Of a stretch of 64,000 bases of DNA, positions 58,925 through 64,000 are shown one piece after another. Source of the DNA: Callorhinchus milii (lineage: Eukaryota); the NCBI RefSeq assembly GCF_018977255.1, contig NW_024704742.1, positions 43,588,001 through 43,652,000 on the forward strand, read 5' to 3'. Numbering within the stretch: the stretch's first letter is position 1; each line of letters begins with the position of its first letter. The position numbers and the translations under genes were made by a program. The notes beneath the pieces are model-generated. The model saw only the letters and a list, made by a program, of their open reading frames with translations, was not told the DNA's origin and ran no database searches.

Positions 58925-59890
58925 CTGTTGGCAAAATTGGAAGGTATGGGGCAAAAGAGCACAAATAGTTAGAATGTTGTTGCACATAATGTAGATATTA
59001 CATACTATTTACAATTATTTACAATTTTACATGCCACACACAAAGGGGAATTAATAAAGGATATTTGCATCACATTTGTTCAAGTACAAAATAGGGCCAT
59101 AACTAAATAATGCAAATAATCTCTCATCAGATTACAAGATTCCATTGAAGTCCACCCATAAATATGACATGAGATTTTATTCTAATATTAATAATAATAA
59201 TCTTTGCATTTGATTTAGTGTCTTATCACGTCGTTGAGACGTATCAAGCTCTTCACGGAATATACTGTAAAGTTAATTTACTTTATATTTTGTATTAATA
59301 TGTTATATTTTACATTAATATACAGCACTGAATATCATCTTACTCATGGATACAGGAAGTCAACTCTCCAAAACAAACACTCAAATGAGTTCTAATTTAA
59401 CCATCATGAAGTCCGTGTAGGAATATTTAATTATTCCAAATGTCCCAGAACCAACATAATAGATTAAATATTCTGCTTGACACAAAGTGATGGGTATTTG
59501 ATGTTGTGCATTTATAATGAGATTTTCTGCAGTGTAATCACACATTGAGTACTAGTATCTTTATTGGGTTAACAAACCACGTTCAAAAATTATGAGCTAG
59601 GTTATTAATAATAATCCTTGCATTTGATACAGCGACTTTTCATGTTGTCAAGACATCGCAAACCGCTTCACAGGATTTACTGTGGAGTGACTATGTGTTT
59701 GCAGGCGAACATGGCAGCCAATTTGAGCACAGCAATGTCCCACAAACAGCCATGAAATAAATGATCAATTTTATTTGGGTGAATTGTTGACCAGGACAAC
59801 TGGGAGAAACTCCATTCTCTTTCTGAATAGCGCCATGTGATCTTTAATGTCCACTTGAACAGGTTTGATATCTCATCCGATTACTACTAC

Positions 59891-60198
59891 TAATAATAAT
59901 CCTTGCATTTGATATAGCGCTTTTCAAGTCTTCTGGACATCTAAAAGTGCTTCACAGAATATACTGTAAAGTGAATTGACTGTATATTTGTGGGCGAAAT
60001 GTGGCAGCCAATTGCGCACAGCAGTGTCCCACAAACAGTCGTGGATTGAAGTGACCAATTTATTATTTTTTNCTCGAGGGATTATTATTAGGCGTATGGA
60101 GTAAGGAAACTTGCCCAAGGTTTCGCCCTGCCGTGAATCGAACCCAGGTCTCGCGCTTGAGAGGCGAGTGCTCTAACCACTGAGCTACAGGACTCCAC
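59891..60198 (-). mobile_element. Full-length tRNA-derived SINE, intronic
   Basis: Same family as 49965-50277; B box gggttcgattc on the minus strand. Confidence 0.9.
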
Positions 60199-62575
60199 AT
60201 TCTATGCATTCTACGTCTTTTAAAAAAGCTTTCAAGGTTGCAATTAGCTCAAATGAGTTCCTAATCTCATTAATGAGTGAGTGTTTGGTACAATAAACCC
60301 ACTAAAATATTACTATTTTAATAACAACCCTTGCATTGATATAGCCTCTTATTACGTTGTCAAAACATCTCGAAGCACTTCACGGGGATTTTACTGAAAG
60401 CGTACGTCTATATGTAGATTAACTATGTACAAAGGAAATCACAGTAGCCTCTACTCGTGTGAGTAACTAGTGAAAATATTCTAGGTGATTCTGTAATTCT
60501 TTATATTCCTTTTTAATGAAATAATTAAGGGAAATCTATACGAGTTTGCACATTGTTCACCCAACTCGCAAATTATTGATAACAACAGCAAAAATTACAT
60601 TTGTATAGCGCCTTTCACGTCGGGAAGACATCCCAAAGCACTGTAACCCAACCTGTAAGTTCCACTGTTAAAATCATTGCACTTAGCAGTGAATATCTTG
60701 CTCAATATCTCCCCAATTAATGGAGTTTGTGTATTCTTTCATTTGATGGGCAAGATCCTTGTAACACAGGTTACATGTCTTTCACATGAATAAAGAACAT
60801 CCAAGTTCATTGCCTAAAGGCACCCCAGACATCTAAAACCCTCAGCTCTTTTTAAGAAGGGAAATACATAATACATTTACAAGGCATGAGAGAAGCTCAG
60901 TACTCAGAGGTACAACCTATCCTCTATCCTTACCACAAAAGTTTCCAACAGTAGATTGCATTTCCTCTCACTGAGTGACAATAATCACTTATTGTCACCC
61001 AGTTCCTCAGTGCTCTTTATTGGTGCATTATGGTTCCTAGGTAATGGCCTAATCATCCGCATCTCAAGAGTGGCATAAATATAAATGCATAGCATTTAAA
61101 ATGGATACAAAGTTAGTTCAATCAGTACATTCTGTGGTTAAAGAATATTGATGGTTACAATAAGAACTAGCCTCTTTGTCTGCAATACTTAAGGCGTAGG
61201 TTATTTTTATTCCTTTTCTCTCTGCTTTTAGGCTCCTTGGAGCAATGAGATGCTAAAACAGGCAATGTATGCAATCTGATCCTCACATTTCTTTATGCAC
61301 TGGTCACTGGGAGGTGTAGGAAAGCAAGTCTCTCAGGGTTTTCCTCCCACAAAAAAGCACCTGAGGGCTCAAAATTCTCATGGCCTTAGTGTTGGCTCTT
61401 TTCAAGAACTGGCGAAAATTGGCTTTCAAACTAAAAGAGAATTTTAGAGATTTCTCTCCAATTTTAAACGATGGTCATTTAGCCTAAGACCAATTCACTG
61501 ATAGTAGATAAGTTCCAACTCAAGTTAAGGGTTTGTATAAAGGACATTGCGTGTCCTATGTTTTCACATTCTGCACCAACCCAGTGATCCTAAACGAGAA
61601 TTAACAGAGGTTATGCAGAAATCCATGATCTACATCATTCATAAGAAGTGGATAAATATAATTGTTGTCTTTAGATTGAGATCAATGAGGAGAACTGCAA
61701 GATATGATTGTATTCTGAAACCAAAGCTGTCAAATCTTATTGTTTGGGTTTTGAAATGGACAGTTGAAAAATCCCATTCTACATGGTTCCCTCCCATTTT
61801 TCTTCTGTTAATGTGTGCTTAACAAAACGTCTGAGAACAGAGTTTGTTAAAATCATGGAATCGAGACAGACAATGTGCATAATTCTCCATCACTCTAAGT
61901 CCGCAGGGAAGAAGTCCAGCCCAGTTATGTAGACATTAAAACAGTGCCAATGAAACTATAATTAAGTGCAGAGGACTTATAACATACTCTATGTTTCATC
62001 AACAAAATTTGTTCAAAGACAACTGGGAAATTCTGACAAACATTTAACAAGTTGTGATTGCAACTATGGAGTGTAATGAGGAACATGCAGGTGTAATATT
62101 ACTGTTAAAAGTGTAACAAAACTAAAAAAACTGCTTAATTCAAATCAAAAGGAATAATGGAGCCACCCTTTCTATCCTACACTGCAATCAGTTTGCAAAT
62201 TACTGGAATGGTGATGTAGACAGGAAATGGTAGAACAAATTTGTCTGAAAAGGAAGCACACACTGACAATGAACAGACAATAATGAACACAAAATGGTGC
62301 ATTAATGGTTCATAAAGCACAAGTCTGGAGTTTTTCCATCTATCTCTTCACACAGAAGTTTTACCATCAATGTACCCCTTTGAGTGCATTATTATGATTA
62401 TATAATGCTATTGACCATTCAATAGATTCATTTTCAATGCATTTAAAAACAAGGTTGCTGAAAGGTTTATATGGTAATTCAATGCCAGATTACTTTTGCC
62501 GAGTCAATAATAGCATTATATCATTAAAATGTATGCAAGCATGCTAAGACTCAGTGTAGTACAAGCAAAACCTAC

Positions 62576-62608
62576 TCCCTAATCCCACTGAGAGATTGTA
62601 GCTCAGAC
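62576..62608 (-). CDS. CCDC149: CCDC149 33-nt frame-preserving microexon
   Basis: Long pyrimidine tract plus tacAG acceptor, GTaggt donor, phase 1-1; encodes (G)LSYNLSVGLG(S), similar to a recalled optional GLSYNVSVGF segment of vertebrate CCDC149. Confidence 0.8.
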
Positions 62609-63675
62609 CTGTAGGCAGCAGGAAAGAGAAAACAACTGAGATTATTGTGAGAGCAACATCAACAGAGAGAGACAGAGAGACTGTTAATGAAAGTCTTTTC
62701 AGATCATATTGGATGTCCTTGTACTGAAGGCTTAACAGTTACTTGTTTCACAATGTTTTGGCTAATACACAGTGGACGAGGAGAACATTCACAGCACACT
62801 AATAACTTGGAGAGCTTGGAATACACTATGTAGCTTGTCACTGCTAAATTATGAATAGGGTTGGTGGAAACTCATTTTTATTTTTTATGACTTTTGTCGG
62901 ATAATATCAAGGATATTTCTAATTTCTAATATTTCTACAAAATGGCCAATTTCCGTGTCATACGGGCGCTACAGGTGTAATTTCCCCGTCCATTATTTTC
63001 GTAACAATGTGGAACATTGGAAAAGCTGACAGATATTGACTTTTTTATAAATTTCACTAGCTGCAGTTATATCTTAAGGCAATTGTGATGGAATTATTCT
63101 TCTTGGATTTATTTAAATCTTACTGCGTGTAAAATGCACTATATGTATACAACACAATAAAAGGACATTTCCCAAGGCAATTTTCAATACAATAATAAGT
63201 TGTGTTCAATATTTTAACATTTTCAATGATGTCTGGCTCAATTTTGATTGGATACTGTTAGTGCAAATATCTGAATTAGTTCAGTGGAACATGACCTTTG
63301 TAAATAGTATAGCTTAGAGTGGTTTAGAATCTCAACAGCAGAAACAGCAATGTAAAATAAAAGGCACTGATGCAATAGGAGTCTATATTAGGATATTTGC
63401 AAGTAGAATTGTTGTGTTAAGTACAACTTCCATGACCCGCAAATCTCAAGTATGACTAAGTCCAAAAAAATAAAAGCAAACAAAATGCCTGACCATTTCT
63501 TACCCCTGATTTTTAATATTATATATTCTTGCCAGCTTTTTTTTCCAATTTATGACTTGCAGGCTGTGAATTTTACAACGTGAAAATTAAGACCTGGAAT
63601 TTCCAAATGATAAAACAGATTTGGTTTGCAAATATTGTACATTGGAACAAAAAGTCCAGATAAAACCCTGCATTA

Positions 63676-63795
<120 letters not shown>

Positions 63796-64000
63796 TTACA
63801 TTTGTTTTTCACGGTTGGGAGGATGTCCTAAGGCGCTGGACATTTTGATGGGACACAGATTATAAAGTCCACTGACTTGCATTCAGCAGTTAATCAGTCA
63901 TTAAAACCTTTTTGTCTTTTGAGTAGAACAACCCTTTATCAGTAGGAAGCTTTGCAGCTCAGTTCACAGTGAGGGAAAATAATTCAATCTTTTACCAAAG

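Overview
Repeat-rich vertebrate genomic DNA. The L2/CR1 LINE and Deu-type tRNA-SINE content suggests a cartilaginous fish (inference). The main feature is a head-to-tail array of six extracellular Cu/Zn superoxide dismutase (SOD3-like) single-exon genes on the + strand between 3.7 and 42.1 kb, labelled A-F here. Four ORFs are intact (B 10538-11158, C 17027-17758, D 30234-30887, F 41475-42131) and two are pseudogenes (A 3695-4324, E ~32695-33085). Only F keeps every catalytic residue. B has lost a copper-ligand His (His->Arg). C and D replace the catalytic Arg with Pro and alter dimer-interface residues; C also gains a CxxC motif and a Gly/Arg-rich N-terminal repeat. The copies show mosaic upstream regions and an apparent gene-conversion tract, and orphan flanks suggest further lost copies. 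The right end holds the last four coding exons of CCDC149 on the - strand, including a 33-nt microexon, matching the known SOD3/CCDC149 tail-to-tail synteny. The rest is nested L2/CR1 fragments, SINEs, a solo LTR with a 4-bp target-site duplication (TSD), and microsatellites. All alignments were done by eye, and residue numbers and family assignments come from recalled SOD1/SOD3/CCDC149 and repeat sequences, not database searches.
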